Shown one piece after another: positions 46,910 to 58,160 of a stretch of DNA of 64,000 nt. The notes beneath the pieces were generated by a model that made no database searches, was not told the origin of the DNA, and saw only the letters and a list, made by a program, of their open reading frames with translations. A program made the translations under genes and the position numbers. The DNA is from Flavobacterium sp. (GTDB lineage Bacteria > Bacteroidota > Bacteroidia > Flavobacteriales > Flavobacteriaceae): NCBI RefSeq assembly GCF_046153165.1, contig NZ_JBJXEN010000010.1:5995-69994 (forward strand), in the 5' to 3' direction. The stretch's first letter is position 1. Each line of letters begins with the position of its first letter.

Positions 46910-47761
46910 TTATTTGTTTAAAACATGGTATTCGATTAAACCATCTATTGGTCGGCGCAATACATTTCCTAACTTTATTTCGTGTTTATTTAAAATTTTC
47001 TCTAACTCATCTTTTAAATAAAAAGCAATCGAACCTATAAAATGTACTGGAACTTCTTTGTAATTATCAAACTGCTTGATATAGTTTTCTACAAAAGATT
47101 CCATTTCTTCGTTAATGAAGTTTTGACAAAATTGGGTGTCTTTATGTTTTATTAAAAACTTAGCAAACGTTGCTAAATATGCGTTTGGATTGGGTTCTTT
47201 GTATAAATTATTCTTTACTGGATCTGGTTCTACATTGTAAGTGGTCTCAAACTCTTTTGCCAAATCCGCTGGCATTTTATTAAAATAATAACCTCTAAGT
47301 AAATGTCTTCCGAAGCGATTTCCTGAACAATCATCCATAGCGATATAGCCTAATGATTGTACTTTTTGATGCAGCACATTTCCGTCAAAATAACTACAAT
47401 TCGAGCCCGTTCCTAGTATACAAACAATGGCTTTTTCGTTTTTGGGTGTTGTGGCGTAAACTGCGGCATAAGTGTCTTCGTGAACCGTTACTTTTGCATT
47501 TGGAAAATAATTTTGAAACACTTCTGTTAAAAAATTTTTCATTCTATCGGTTCCGCAACCTGCTCCATAAAAAAATAAGTTAGATACTTGGTTTTTATTA
47601 TGTGCTATATCGAATCTATCTTCAAGACGATTTATTATTTCTTCTTTTGTTAAAACTTCTGGATTTAATCCTAATGATTGTGTGGTAAAAAGTACTTTTC
47701 CAGCTTCATCTATGGCAATCCAATCGGCTTTTGTAGAGCCGCTATCTACGAGTAGTTTCAT
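46910..47761 (-). CDS. N-acetylglucosamine kinase-like (BadF/BadG/BcrA/BcrD ATPase family)
   Basis: VDSGSTKADW, FYGAGC, ILGTGSN and HFIGSIA motifs. Confidence 0.88.
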   Translation of the reverse strand: MKLLVDSGSTKADWIAIDEAGKVLFTTQSLGLNPEVLTKEEIINRLEDRFDIAHNKNQVSNLFFYGAGCGTDRMKNFLTEVFQNYFPNAKVTVHEDTYAAVYATTPKNEKAIVCILGTGSNCSYFDGNVLHQKVQSLGYIAMDDCSGNRFGRHLLRGYYFNKMPADLAKEFETTYNVEPDPVKNNLYKEPNPNAYLATFAKFLIKHKDTQFCQNFINEEMESFVENYIKQFDNYKEVPVHFIGSIAFYLKDELEKILNKHEIKLGNVLRRPIDGLIEYHVLNK

Positions 47762-47768
47762 TTATTTT

Positions 47769-47822
47769 TTAGATTTTAATTTGCTACGCCAGTTCGCTGA
47801 CGCTCGGGTTAGATTTTAGATT
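47769..47822. repeat. TTAGATT heptamer units flanking a GC-rich 29-bp insert
   Basis: ttagatttt..tttgctacgccagttcgctgacgctcggg..ttagattttagatt. Confidence 0.5.
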
Positions 47823-47858
47823 TACTAAAATGCAAAATAGTTTCGATTAGTTTGTTTC

Positions 47859-47937
47859 TAGCCCCGATAGAAGCGGTTATCCTTTTTGTTTTTTCTTTAA
47901 AAACAAAAAGATAAAAGCGGATAGCGGGAAATAGCTT
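47859..47937 (-). repeat. 79-bp REP/MITE-like palindromic repeat, copy B
   Basis: Reverse complement aligns ungapped to 19186-19264 (65/79). Confidence 0.8.
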
Positions 47938-47945
47938 CAAAAAAA

Positions 47946-47977
47946 AATTCCCATTAATATTGATATTAATGGGAATT
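47946..47977 (-). terminator. Terminator after gap
   Basis: aattcccattaatat-tg-atattaatgggaatt with T-tract on the minus strand. Confidence 0.8.
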
Positions 47978-47991
47978 AAATATATGATTTT

Positions 47992-49005
<1,014 letters not shown>

Positions 49006-49047
49006 TTATTGATATTTTAATTAACTTTTTAAATATTATAATTTTAA

Positions 49048-50034
49048 TTAAGTCGACATGATATCTGAAACTCTTAATAATTCTTTATCAATTTCAGATT
49101 TTCCTTTGATAGCTTTTTCTAATGGTGTTAATGATACTTTATCGCTTAACATTCCTACCATAAAATTTGATTTACCTTCAAGTAATGATTCTACAGCTTT
49201 TACACCTAATCTTGAAGCAAGAACTCTATCGAAACAAGATGGCGCGCCTCCTCTTTGCATGTGACCTAGAACCGAAACACGAACATCATATTCTGGCATA
49301 TGTTCTTCGACATAATCTTTGAGTTCAAATACATTTTTCCCCATTTTATCACCTTCGGCAACTACAACAATACTTGATGATTTACCTGATGCTTTACTTT
49401 TTTGAAGTGATTCTAATAACCTATCTAGTCCTAAATCTTCTTCTGGAATAAGAATTTCCTCTGCTCCTGCTCCAATTCCTGCATTTAGTGCTATATGTCC
49501 TGCATCACGTCCCATAACCTCTACAAAAAACAATCGGTTGTGGGAACTTGCGGTATCTCTAATTTTATCTATAACTTCTACAACTGTGTTTAATGCTGTA
49601 TCGTAACCTAATGTATGACTCGTACCAAAAATATCATTATCGATAGTTCCAGGAATCCCCATTACTGGAAAATTAAATTCATTATTAAAAATTTCGGCTC
49701 CTGTAAAAGTTCCATCTCCACCAATAACAACAAGTGCATCTACTTCAGAATTTAGTAAATGTTGGTGTGCTTTTTGACGTCCTTCAACAGTCATAAACTC
49801 TTTTGAACGTGCTGATTTTAGGATTGTTCCTCCTTTATTAACGATATTATTTACTGAACGTGGTCCTAATTCTTTAAAATCGCCTTCTATCATTCCCTGA
49901 TAACCACGATATATTCCTATACATTCTATGTTATGATAAGCACAAGTACGAACTACCGAACGGATTGCCGCATTCATTCCAGGAGCATCTCCACCAGAAG
50001 TTAAAACCCCTATTTTTTTAATTGTTTTTGACAT
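49048..50034 (-). CDS. pfkA: ATP-dependent 6-phosphofructokinase
   Basis: TSGGDAPGMN, GGDGT, PGTIDND, EVMGRDAG and LGHMQRGG motifs. Confidence 0.97.
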   Translation of the reverse strand: MSKTIKKIGVLTSGGDAPGMNAAIRSVVRTCAYHNIECIGIYRGYQGMIEGDFKELGPRSVNNIVNKGGTILKSARSKEFMTVEGRQKAHQHLLNSEVDALVVIGGDGTFTGAEIFNNEFNFPVMGIPGTIDNDIFGTSHTLGYDTALNTVVEVIDKIRDTASSHNRLFFVEVMGRDAGHIALNAGIGAGAEEILIPEEDLGLDRLLESLQKSKASGKSSSIVVVAEGDKMGKNVFELKDYVEEHMPEYDVRVSVLGHMQRGGAPSCFDRVLASRLGVKAVESLLEGKSNFMVGMLSDKVSLTPLEKAIKGKSEIDKELLRVSDIMST

Positions 50035-50160
50035 TAATGCAATAATTGAATTGTAAAATTAGTAAAGTAATAACTAGACAAGTGAATATTTTAATAAAAT
50101 TTAATAATTTATTAAAATCTCAAACGTTTTCGTTAATAAGTTTTTTGAAATTGAATAACT

Positions 50161-53100
50161 TTAGTTTAAATCCGGAACTGTTTCTGGAGTAGTTTTAGGT
50201 TTTTCGGCTGCCTTTTTTTGACGTTGTTCCGTAAATTGAATAAACTCTGGTGTTAAATCTGAATCTGGAACATCCTCCTTTTTAGAATCTTTTTCTTTCT
50301 TATCTTTTTTTGACAAAATTTTTGAAATAAGTTCTTTGAAAGTATTAAAATCGACATCGTAAGTAATCCCAAGTCCTTGTGTATAACCTATTCCTTCTCC
50401 TATATATTTAGTATCATTTTCACGATTAAAAACTCTGGCTTTTAGTGAACCATCCTCATTAAGGCGCAACTCGATTTCTACATCTCCAACTATTGCCGAT
50501 TCAGAAACGCCACCTACAGGCACACCAAGTTTTCCATTTATAGTGATTTTATTACTTATCTGTGTAGAAAGAGTTAATCCAAAACGACCATCAGTTTGAG
50601 AATCTAGATTTCGTTTGTCCCCTTGCACATAATTTAGTCCTACTTTTAATTTATCATCTTCATTAGAAAAAATATCCTGAAATAAACTACCTGCTTTTTC
50701 TAAAAGATTACCTGTTATTATATTTTCCCCTACACCTTTATCACTTAAAAAACTACCGGATGATAATAATGCCATTGCTTGCGTTTGTCTTTTGTCGCTA
50801 TCACTTAGTTTATATTCTATTTCAGATTTTAATACTGAACTAAGTGTTGGAAAATTAATAGATATATCAGGAGTTGGACTCGTTAACTTATCTGTTAGTT
50901 TTATAATCACTTCAGTAGGAATCTTTTTATTAAATGATGAATTTTCTAGTAATATTCCTGGGTTTGCTTCTGTTGTATAAACTGCCTCCATGTCTAATGT
51001 AGCATTCAGAGGGTTTCCATCCCATGAGATTGAACCTCCTTTTTTTATATCGAATTTTTTGTCTATAATTCCACCATATTTAAAATTATAGATTCCAGAA
51101 TACACCTGAAAATCTCCCCACATATTAAATTTACCTAGGGTGTTAATTTCCATCAGTAAACTTCCCGCTCCTCTTCCTTTTAGTGAATGTCCTGAATTTT
51201 TATCTATAATAACTTCTATTTCAGCATCTTTAGTGATATCAAGTTCAAAATTAAGTTCGACTCCGTTATAAGTTTTTCGTTTTCTACTTTTTGTTTTATC
51301 CGCGAGATCATCTTTTGCCGATCTAAATTTTATATAATCATTTTCGGAGGAAGTTTCAGAATCTGTAATAGGAATTTTTAAAGAAGTTCCTTTTTCAGAT
51401 TTTGCATTTACATTAATTACCAATCCGTTTGTTGGCCCTTTTATAGTTGCTTCTCCATCTATATAAGCAGTTCCGTAATACAAGGCATCTTCAGAGTCTT
51501 TAGTATCTAAAGCTACAATTCTATTTGAAGAAAGATTTAAATCTAAAAACCAATCTCCAAAATTATGATGGCGAATTCCTCCTGTCAAAATTCCTTTTGT
51601 ACCATATTTAGAATCATTAATTCTTATGTTTCTAAAAGAAAATTGGTTTTCTGTTACATCTACAATCGAATTATTTTCGAAATTATAATCTACATTTAGA
51701 TAGGGTACTTTTAATCCTGCTTTATTAAGATATAACCTACCTGTAATATCTGGATTTTCTAATTCTCCTTCAAAACTTGCTGTTCCTGATGCTAACCCTC
51801 GAATATTTGTAATTACATTACCGCCTAAAGCACTAAAGACGCCCATGTTAAAATTATTGAGTCGAAGATTTAAATCGACTAATGTGTTTTTATTTTCGAC
51901 AAACACATTACCATCGGCAGAAAAAGATTCTAATCCGTCATTTTTTAAAACAGAGTTAATTTTAAAATTTTTGAAAGTATCATCACCTTTTACATCGACA
52001 ACTAATTTTCCTAATTTTAAATCATTAATATTTAAACTATCAACAGTTATTGATGCTGTTGGTTCATAAATTGCTTTGTTTTGCTTAAAATTAACTAAAC
52101 CATTTACTTTGCCTTTAAGTTTTAAACTATCTATTGATGGTGTTATTTTATCAAGTTCAATATCTTTTAGCGAAAGTTCTATATCCTTATAGGTTGAATC
52201 TCTCAAGACTCCCATTAATTCCATTACTTGATTTTCGTGAGACATTGATATCTTTTCAACAGAAAAATCAGTTAGTTTTTTATTAAAAATAATTTTGTTG
52301 TCTTTAGATTCATTTTCATTTATAAACCATAAATAATCTTTGAAGTTTACTTCAGATTTTTTAATTCCAACCACACTATTATTATCTTTATTAATGGTGT
52401 GATATAAGTTTAAATTATAAAAATCTTCTGCTTTTTTTCCTCCTTTAAATTCTGTTCTAAAAAATAAAGTATCATTTGCTGTTACATTTATCAGACTAAA
52501 ATCTGATACTTTATAACGTTTTGTTTTAATACTATCCATTTGTATATAAGCGTTGTATAATGGATTTTTGTTGTCAATATCTATATTTATATTATCAAAA
52601 TAATTATTGTAAGCTGTAATTGTTGGCGATTTAAAATTAAACTTAAACTCATCATTATCAGAATTTATCATTCCTTTCATAAATGTATTTTCTCCTAGTG
52701 AAACTTCTGGAAAAAAGATTTCAATTAGTTTACTATATACATTAAAGTCAAATTTCAAAAATTGACCTTTATTTACTTTATTTGGCGAATAATTAGCATA
52801 TAAACTTCCTAGAGAATTTTCTATCAGTTTTTCAAGCTGATTAAATTGAAATTTTCCAACCACTTTTCCTTCAATAATATCAGGCGAGTTTATAGTAATT
52901 GTTCTTACTCGATTCTCATCAAAATAAGATTTTACAACAAAATCATCAAAAAAATAAGTGTCTTTATTATTTTCGTATGATGTTTGATTTATAAAAATGG
53001 ATCCATATAAATTATCTATCGAGTTTCCTTGCAATTTCATCGTGACATCACCTCTAAAAACTGAAATCGAATCGGCAGTATATAATTTTAATTTTTCAAG

Positions 53101-54687
53101 ATTAGCATATTCTACATTTGCATGAAAATCATATTTATTTTCTTTGTTGTTTAGGTTAAGAATTCCATCAAAATCCATTTGTAAATTTGGATCATTAACA
53201 TTTATGCTTCCTTTGAATATTGATTTTATCATGGTTCCATCAACAACCAGATTTTTGTAATTGTATTTATTATAATAAACACTATTTACGGTTCCCTCTA
53301 ATTTTGTGTTTAAATATTTTTGTGTAAAACCTTTTCCGTCAACATCTAAATCAAGGTTTACAACACCAACATCAGTCCTATTTAAAAGCTTTCCTAAATC
53401 AAAATTATCTAATTTTACATTTCCAATATAGGTAGCATTGTCAATATTATCTATGCTTGTCATGCTCAAATTTGACTTTGCGTTTCCTAAAGCTGTTCCT
53501 AATAAAATATCTGCTTTTATGGTTTTCAAAGTAACTTCGGTAGTTCCAGAAAGTGTAAAAACACCAAATTTCTTGAAAGTTGTAGGCAGATTTTCACCCA
53601 AAACTCTAGGTAAGATGGCATTAAGATTATTATAAGTTGATGATACTTTAGAAAAATTTCCTTTCATATAAAAGTCTCCTTTATTTTTAGAAAAAAGATT
53701 TTTAAAAGTAAAATTTCCTACTATTTCGGATTTGTTGTTATCTATTAATTTTAACTTTTTTGTAGAAAAATTATTTAGAGTCCCTAAAAGTTTTCCACTT
53801 AAATTGAATCGCTGATTTTCACCAAATTCTCCATAATAATGATTTAAATCATTAGAAGAAACAGATGCTTTATTAATCTTAATATCAAAAATAACTTTGT
53901 TATTAAAGTCTGAAAAATCCTTCCTATCATATCGTAAAGCTACATTTCCTTTCAGATCAGATTCTGGTGTTTTTACGCTTAGTTTTTCTAAAAGGATATG
54001 CTTTTTTGTGTAAGTAAATTCTGAAACAAGATTATTAATCACAAGACCACGATTATCCACAAATGACATTTCTTTTATCGAAGTAGTCACATCGGGTCCA
54101 AGAATCTTAAAATTAGTAGTAACGGCATTCAACTTTTTTGCACTAAAAAGCAATGGTTTATCGAGATTATAATCGTTAAAAGAAAAAGTACTATTGGTTA
54201 AATCGAATTTATTAGCAGTTAGTAAAAACTTTTTCTTTGATTTTGTGGGTGTTTTTTCATCAAAAAGAGCAATAAACTTATCTAAGTTATTGTCTTTTTC
54301 ACCTTTGTAGTTTTTTAAATTAAAAAATAGTCCATCTAAAGCAACATCGCCAAAATGTAAATCACCATCTACCAATTTTTTAATATCAAGAATATTCGTT
54401 TTTAGTCTATTAATATAAAATAACGTGTCTTTTTTATGATCTCTAATTAGAACTTTTTTTAGTTTAACACCACCAAATACTGTAAAATTAGCTTCTTCAA
54501 CAGTAATATCAGTACCATAATCTTTATTCAAAATTTCGGTTGCATATTGACCTAACATGGTTTGCACCGATGGTAAAGAAAGTGCAATACCAAGTCCCAA
54601 CAATAACAATACTAATCCTAAAAGGAATAATAATATGTATTTTCTGATTTTTTTTAGGACTGTATTTTTTTTCTTTTCTTCCAACAA
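50161..54687 (-). CDS. tamB: Translocation/assembly module TamB-like protein (DUF490)
   Basis: N-terminal TM anchor, 1508 aa beta-taco-like sequence, C-terminal GDVEIELRL..DGSLKARVFNR. Confidence 0.85.
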   Translation of the reverse strand: MLEEKKKNTVLKKIRKYILLFLLGLVLLLLGLGIALSLPSVQTMLGQYATEILNKDYGTDITVEEANFTVFGGVKLKKVLIRDHKKDTLFYINRLKTNILDIKKLVDGDLHFGDVALDGLFFNLKNYKGEKDNNLDKFIALFDEKTPTKSKKKFLLTANKFDLTNSTFSFNDYNLDKPLLFSAKKLNAVTTNFKILGPDVTTSIKEMSFVDNRGLVINNLVSEFTYTKKHILLEKLSVKTPESDLKGNVALRYDRKDFSDFNNKVIFDIKINKASVSSNDLNHYYGEFGENQRFNLSGKLLGTLNNFSTKKLKLIDNNKSEIVGNFTFKNLFSKNKGDFYMKGNFSKVSSTYNNLNAILPRVLGENLPTTFKKFGVFTLSGTTEVTLKTIKADILLGTALGNAKSNLSMTSIDNIDNATYIGNVKLDNFDLGKLLNRTDVGVVNLDLDVDGKGFTQKYLNTKLEGTVNSVYYNKYNYKNLVVDGTMIKSIFKGSINVNDPNLQMDFDGILNLNNKENKYDFHANVEYANLEKLKLYTADSISVFRGDVTMKLQGNSIDNLYGSIFINQTSYENNKDTYFFDDFVVKSYFDENRVRTITINSPDIIEGKVVGKFQFNQLEKLIENSLGSLYANYSPNKVNKGQFLKFDFNVYSKLIEIFFPEVSLGENTFMKGMINSDNDEFKFNFKSPTITAYNNYFDNINIDIDNKNPLYNAYIQMDSIKTKRYKVSDFSLINVTANDTLFFRTEFKGGKKAEDFYNLNLYHTINKDNNSVVGIKKSEVNFKDYLWFINENESKDNKIIFNKKLTDFSVEKISMSHENQVMELMGVLRDSTYKDIELSLKDIELDKITPSIDSLKLKGKVNGLVNFKQNKAIYEPTASITVDSLNINDLKLGKLVVDVKGDDTFKNFKINSVLKNDGLESFSADGNVFVENKNTLVDLNLRLNNFNMGVFSALGGNVITNIRGLASGTASFEGELENPDITGRLYLNKAGLKVPYLNVDYNFENNSIVDVTENQFSFRNIRINDSKYGTKGILTGGIRHHNFGDWFLDLNLSSNRIVALDTKDSEDALYYGTAYIDGEATIKGPTNGLVINVNAKSEKGTSLKIPITDSETSSENDYIKFRSAKDDLADKTKSRKRKTYNGVELNFELDITKDAEIEVIIDKNSGHSLKGRGAGSLLMEINTLGKFNMWGDFQVYSGIYNFKYGGIIDKKFDIKKGGSISWDGNPLNATLDMEAVYTTEANPGILLENSSFNKKIPTEVIIKLTDKLTSPTPDISINFPTLSSVLKSEIEYKLSDSDKRQTQAMALLSSGSFLSDKGVGENIITGNLLEKAGSLFQDIFSNEDDKLKVGLNYVQGDKRNLDSQTDGRFGLTLSTQISNKITINGKLGVPVGGVSESAIVGDVEIELRLNEDGSLKARVFNRENDTKYIGEGIGYTQGLGITYDVDFNTFKELISKILSKKDKKEKDSKKEDVPDSDLTPEFIQFTEQRQKKAAEKPKTTPETVPDLN

Positions 54688-54697
54688 TAGTTTTTTG

Positions 54698-54705
54698 CAA
54701 AGGTA
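54698..54705 (-). promoter_or_regulatory. -7 promoter element for tamB
   Basis: TACCTTTG on minus strand, 10 nt before start. Confidence 0.55.
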
Positions 54706-54741
54706 AACAACCCTAAACCTTTAGATTTGATAAAAAATCTT

Positions 54742-54749
54742 TATTTTTG
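54742..54749 (+). promoter_or_regulatory. -7 promoter element for tsaD operon
   Basis: TATTTTTG; supports a true start downstream of the ORF-track TTG. Confidence 0.5.
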
Positions 54750-54815
54750 GGCTTCGATGTAAAATTAAATATTTTATATCGGTTTATCAAATATAACGCA
54801 AAATCTATGCCTTTT

Positions 54816-55838
54816 ATGCATCAAAAACCAATTTTTATTCTTGCTATCGAAAGTTCTTGCGATGATACTGCGGCAGCCGTGATGCAAAATGACAAAGTTT
54901 TATCTAATATCGTCGCGCAACAATCTATCCATGAGCAATATGGCGGTGTAGTTCCCGAACTAGCTTCAAGAGCTCACCAACAAAATATTGTTCCAGTAAT
55001 TGATGTCGCTCTAAAAAAAGCAAATATTACTAAAGACCAATTGTCAGCTATTGCCTTTACCCAAGGACCAGGACTTATGGGTTCTCTATTAGTAGGCAGT
55101 TCGTTTGCAAAAAGTATGGCAATGGCATTAAATATTCCGCTAATTGCAGTAAACCACATGCATGCGCATATTTTAGCTCATTTTATTGATGAAGATGGTT
55201 TCGATAAACCCGAATTTCCTTTTCTAGCCTTGACCATTTCTGGCGGACATACTCAGATTGTAAAAGTAAATGGCTTTTTTGAAATGGAAATCATAGGCGA
55301 AACTACCGATGATGCTGTGGGAGAAGCTTTCGATAAAAGTGCCAAAATATTAGGTCTTCCTTACCCTGGAGGCCCATTAGTAGACAAATATGCTCAATTG
55401 GGAAATCCGAAAGCTTATAAATTTACCAAACCAAAAATGCCAAATTTAGATTTTAGCTTTTCTGGACTAAAAACCCAAATTTTATATTTTATTCAGAATA
55501 ATGTAAAAGAGAATCCTAATTTTATCGATGAAAATAGGAACGATATTTGTGCTTCTATACAAAATATTATTATCGAGATTTTGATGGAAAAACTAAAACT
55601 CGCCGTACAACAAACAGGAATAAAACAAATTGCTATAGGTGGTGGCGTTTCGGCAAATTCAGGAATTAGAAATACATTGAAAGAAGCCGAAAAAAAATAC
55701 GGTTGGAAAACTTTTATTCCAAAATTTGAATATACGACTGACAATGCAGCTATGATTGGTATTGTAGGTTACCAACGTTTTTTAGAAAATAAATTTAATG
55801 ATGCTTCTGTAGTTAGCAAAGCACGAATCGATTTTTAA
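54816..55838 (+). CDS. tsaD: tRNA N6-adenosine threonylcarbamoyltransferase
   Basis: IESSCDDT, VPELASRAH, NHMHAH, SGGHT and TDNAAMI motifs; start 54816 (or 54807). Confidence 0.97.
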   Translation: MHQKPIFILAIESSCDDTAAAVMQNDKVLSNIVAQQSIHEQYGGVVPELASRAHQQNIVPVIDVALKKANITKDQLSAIAFTQGPGLMGSLLVGSSFAKSMAMALNIPLIAVNHMHAHILAHFIDEDGFDKPEFPFLALTISGGHTQIVKVNGFFEMEIIGETTDDAVGEAFDKSAKILGLPYPGGPLVDKYAQLGNPKAYKFTKPKMPNLDFSFSGLKTQILYFIQNNVKENPNFIDENRNDICASIQNIIIEILMEKLKLAVQQTGIKQIAIGGGVSANSGIRNTLKEAEKKYGWKTFIPKFEYTTDNAAMIGIVGYQRFLENKFNDASVVSKARIDF

Positions 55839-55839
55839 C

Positions 55840-56544
55840 ATGCAATTATTTTACAATCCAGATATAAATACTACTTTAAAAGAATTTTCTTTTGATAAAG
55901 AAGAAAGCAAACACATTGTTAAAGTATTAAGAAAAACTGAAGGTGACACTTTACATGTAACCAACGGTATAGGGGATTTATTTTCGACCGAAATTATTTT
56001 AGCTTCCGAAAAAAAATGTACAGTAAAAATCATTTCAACCGAAACATCACAACCGACCGATTTTTATATTCATCTGGCAGTGGCACCAACAAAAATGAAT
56101 GATCGCTTCGAATGGTTTTTAGAAAAAGCTACCGAAATGGGAGTTCACGAAATTACGCCTATTATATGTGATCGTTCCGAAAGAAAAATAATCAAAAATG
56201 AGCGTTTCGATAAGATTATACTATCGGCGATGAAACAATCGTTGCAATTTTTTCTGCCAAAGTTAAATGAACCTATTTCGTTTAAGGATTTCATTAACCA
56301 GCAACACAACGGGAATTTGTGTATTGCACATTGCGAAGAAACTAACAAAAAACTATTGAAAAACACTATAAAACCAAAAGAAAAATACACCATACTTATT
56401 GGTCCTGAAGGCGATTTTTCTGAAAAAGAAATCCAATTAGCCTTAACCAACCATTATATTCCTGTATCTTTGGGAAACACCCGATTACGAACAGAAACTG
56501 CCGCAGTGGTTGCTTGTCATAGTGTGGTTTTTGTGAATGAGTGA
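55840..56544 (+). CDS. rsmE: 16S rRNA m3U1498 methyltransferase
   Basis: HIVKVLR, EKATEMG, IGPEGDF and LRTETA motifs. Confidence 0.95.
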   Translation: MQLFYNPDINTTLKEFSFDKEESKHIVKVLRKTEGDTLHVTNGIGDLFSTEIILASEKKCTVKIISTETSQPTDFYIHLAVAPTKMNDRFEWFLEKATEMGVHEITPIICDRSERKIIKNERFDKIILSAMKQSLQFFLPKLNEPISFKDFINQQHNGNLCIAHCEETNKKLLKNTIKPKEKYTILIGPEGDFSEKEIQLALTNHYIPVSLGNTRLRTETAAVVACHSVVFVNE

Positions 56545-56608
56545 TATTTAGATATAACAATAAACTAGGATATAGTTGTAAGTAAAAACGTATTTATGAG
56601 AATCATTA

Positions 56609-57367
56609 ATGAAAAATAACAAATCAATCTCTGAAGATTACAGCTTACTAGATGAATTAATAAGTCCTTTTGTTTCAGAATTAATGACTAACAAAGAAAA
56701 AAATCAGCAAAAAATTTTGGAAATCTGTCATGTTGGAAAATTTCTTTTATTTTTTAAAAAACAAATTCAAATAGATAGTTTATCAGAAAAACCTGATTTT
56801 ATATTAAATTTTAATGATGAGAAAATTGGCCTTGAACATCAAATAGTAATTGATTCGAAATTGAAGGAAAAAGAAGGTTTTTATGAAAATATTTTTCAGA
56901 AAGTTGAAACCGAAATAAAACTTGATGAAAACTTACCTAATTTTTTAATGAATTGCTTCATTAAACCAAATTTAGAATATAAATTAAACCAAAAAAAAGA
57001 AATTGAATTAATCATTAAAAAAGTTATTTTAGAATATTTAATTAATAATACTTTTATAGAAAATCCTATAATTAGTAAATTAATAAAAATGCAACACTCT
57101 AAGAAGAATATTAATGTGAATTTTGGTGCCTGGATACAAAAAACTATAACCAAAGAAGTAATTTTAAATGCAATCTCAAAAAAAGAGAGTAAAATAGAAA
57201 ACTACATAAAAAATGGTCTTCAAAAGCAATGGTTATTATTAGTAATAGGAAGTAATGGAAAAAGCTCGTTTGAAATGAATAATAATATCAATATTGAAAT
57301 TGAAAGTAAATTCGAAAGGATATATATACTAGAAGATTTTGATAATATTTTACATCAAATAAAATGA
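56609..57367 (+). CDS. Hypothetical protein with PD-(D/E)XK-like nuclease motif
   Basis: SEKPDFILNFNDEKIGLEH; very AT-rich; ATGA overlap with next gene. Confidence 0.55.
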   Translation: MKNNKSISEDYSLLDELISPFVSELMTNKEKNQQKILEICHVGKFLLFFKKQIQIDSLSEKPDFILNFNDEKIGLEHQIVIDSKLKEKEGFYENIFQKVETEIKLDENLPNFLMNCFIKPNLEYKLNQKKEIELIIKKVILEYLINNTFIENPIISKLIKMQHSKKNINVNFGAWIQKTITKEVILNAISKKESKIENYIKNGLQKQWLLLVIGSNGKSSFEMNNNINIEIESKFERIYILEDFDNILHQIK

Positions 57368-58002
57368 AAAAAATAATTTTATTTTTAATTCTGGTTACAA
57401 CTCCTGTACTTTCCCAAGAAATCGCATTGCTAAAATATAGTGGCGGAGGAGATTGGTATGCAAATCCAACATCATTACCTAATTTGATAAAATTTTGCAA
57501 TCAGAATATAAATACCACTATAAAAACCAAACCAATTACTGTTACACCAGGAAGTGCAGATATTTTTTCGTATCCGTTTATTCACATGACAGGACATGGT
57601 AATGTAGTTTTTAACGAAGCTGAAGTTCAAAACTTACAAAATTACTTGCGTTCTGGTGGTTTCCTTCATATTGATGACAATTATGGAATGGATCAATATA
57701 TTCGAAAAGAAATTTCAAAACTTTTCCCTAATGAAGCTTTAGTCGAAATTCCAGCTAACCATGCCATTTTCCAAAAACCGTTTCCTTTCCCTGACGGATT
57801 ACCAAAAATACATGAGCATGACGGGAAAAGACCTCAGGCTTTTGGCATTTTTATAGACACTAAATTAGTGTTACTTTACACTTACGAATGCGATTTAGGT
57901 GATGGTTGGGAAGATCCAGAAGTTCACAATGATCCTCCCGCAATTAGAGAAAAAGCATTAAAAATGGGTGCCAATATCATGAACTACATCTTTAATAATT
58001 AG
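57364..58002 (+). CDS. DUF4159 family protein
   Basis: YSGGGDWY, PFIHMTGHG, DDNYG, PKIHEHD and DLGDGWED motifs. Confidence 0.88.
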   Translation: MKKIILFLILVTTPVLSQEIALLKYSGGGDWYANPTSLPNLIKFCNQNINTTIKTKPITVTPGSADIFSYPFIHMTGHGNVVFNEAEVQNLQNYLRSGGFLHIDDNYGMDQYIRKEISKLFPNEALVEIPANHAIFQKPFPFPDGLPKIHEHDGKRPQAFGIFIDTKLVLLYTYECDLGDGWEDPEVHNDPPAIREKALKMGANIMNYIFNN

Positions 58003-58030
58003 TAAAATAATCTTATAAAAAGACAATTTT

Positions 58031-58070
58031 AGTATTTTATCGACTATATAAGTATTTTATCGATTATATA
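58031..58070 (+). promoter_or_regulatory. 20-bp tandem direct repeat, putative transcription-factor site upstream of the protease
   Basis: agtattttatcgactatata / agtattttatcgattatata (19/20 identical). Confidence 0.55.
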
Positions 58071-58160
58071 TACATATTCGCATCTTTTAGATATTTATTT
58101 TATAGTATTGCCATATTATTAAACTAAAAATTAACAAATTACCAACCAAACCAACAAATT

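Noticed and set aside
56549-56584. Integron attC-like remnant (TATAAC...GTTGTAAG) before the nuclease-like gene; similar idea for 23045-23170
   Set aside because: Does not fit RYYYAAC/GTTRRRY, the spacing is too short, there is no pairing stem and no integrase is present in the window.
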